Assembly (NCBI GenBank): GCA_032718475.1
Contig: JAUCBJ010007384.1
Span: forward strand, 1 to 61,622
Direction: 5' to 3'
DNA: 61,622 nt
DNA from: Nemertoderma westbladi
Lineage: Eukaryota; Animalia; Xenacoelomorpha
The position numbers were made by a program, and so were the translations under genes. The notes under the pieces are model-generated. The model saw only the letters and a list, made by a program, of their open reading frames with translations. It ran no database searches and had not been told where the DNA came from. Below, one piece after another: positions 60,366-61,622 of this stretch (the first letter of the stretch is position 1; each line of letters begins with the position of its first letter).

Positions 60366-61622
60366 TCTATTAGTCCGGTAGTTTCCGAGATGTATTCTAA
60401 AGCTTTGAACTTTGGGCCATGTGCCCTTTCTACTGCAACCGTCCCATTTGTCTATCTTTTGTCTCTCTGTACCAATATTTAGTGTGAAGTTTGTGCTAGC
60501 CAGACAACCTGTGGTTAGTGAGAGCTAAAAATACGGCGCCTGTCCTTTCTCAAAATTAACTATAGATTATATAAAACATGCAGCCATAAAACCAATTCAT
60601 TGCAGTTATTAATTAAACAGACTCTTTGATGAAATTAGTAACTAAAAATTATTGTACTTTCATTTCTTTTATATTTTCAATTGATTAAATCATTTAAATA
60701 ATTTAACTAACTAACTAATTTAACCATATATAATATTGTATTTATTAATTGACCAAAATATGACATTAATATATGACAATAATTATTATTATAATATGAC
60801 ATGCAACCATAAGACAGCTCCATTACTTAAGGCTGCATGTTTTATTTAAACTTTATCTCAGACGTGAGTTTGTTTACATGTAATGGCTGGTCTATCTAAA
60901 TAGTTTGAGGCACTTGAATTAAGGTTGAAATATGATATGCAGCCGTATAACCGTATAATAAGACTTAAAATAAACCTAATATTATTTATAATAATGCACG
61001 CAACTGTATTGAAAGTTCTAGTGCTTATGGCTGCACGTTTTATTTAAACTATATTCCAGAAAAGAGTTGTAATTTAGTGTGGGCTGGTTTATCTAAATAG
61101 ATAATTCTCAGAAAAGTTCGAGTAATACCGATTTTTTTAAAGTTTTCATTACTTGATATGGAATAATTAGAAATATTGATGTAATTCATATCCAATTTAA
61201 TTTGTATCACTAATTAATTGCAGTTAATACATCAAAGTTACGGTAAACAATCATAAAATTAGCATATAATAGTTGCTATGAAGCTATGCAGAAGAATCCA
61301 GACGTGTTTAAGAGATTATTTACTAAGTTAGTGATAGTTAGTTATAGAAGTATAAGTAGGTTCGTCCTATAGGCCGCAAAGCTGCAATAAGGTATTTTAC
61401 TGCGTTACGAGTAAAACACCAGAACGCTGAAAAGTTCGCATAATTTTCTTGGACTCTGACTTCATATAGTGTATCAGATTTCATGTTTGGCAGCAATTGA
61501 ACAGTTTGTTTGTCTGTCCGTTTATCAGTCGATCTGTCTGTCAAAATACAATATGACACCCTGCAAATTCTAAAATCCTGTGAATGTCAGTTTTCTTGGA
61601 CTCTGACTTCATTTACGGTATC

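Noticed and set aside
56810-61559. ORFs of 67-104 aa in the 146-bp repeats
   Set aside because: Repeat-derived low-complexity translations (LSVCQSICLS / TDRLTDK)

Overview
AT-rich, repeat-dominated animal (probably invertebrate) genomic DNA. It opens with about 13 kb of 34-bp satellite that ends 190 bp from an intronless RFC4 gene (- strand). Next come a tRNA-Ser(GCT), a very homogeneous 49-bp tandem array and an intronless EMC7 gene (+ strand). At 27-33 kb there is a nested stack of non-autonomous DNA transposons with readable target-site duplications (TSDs). A degenerate BEL/Pao LTR retrotransposon follows (gag-PR-RT-RNaseH, integrase core deleted, internal 251-bp duplication), then about 1.1 kb of strongly self-complementary sequence and a probably single, orphan accessory ORF. 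The window ends with a 6-kb 16-bp satellite, a ~146-bp repeat region with a 1.1-kb segmental duplication, and a truncated RTE-type LINE. The most novel-looking feature is the structured RNA-like region plus orphan ORF in the env position of the BEL/Pao element. All family assignments come from motif recognition by eye; no database search was run.
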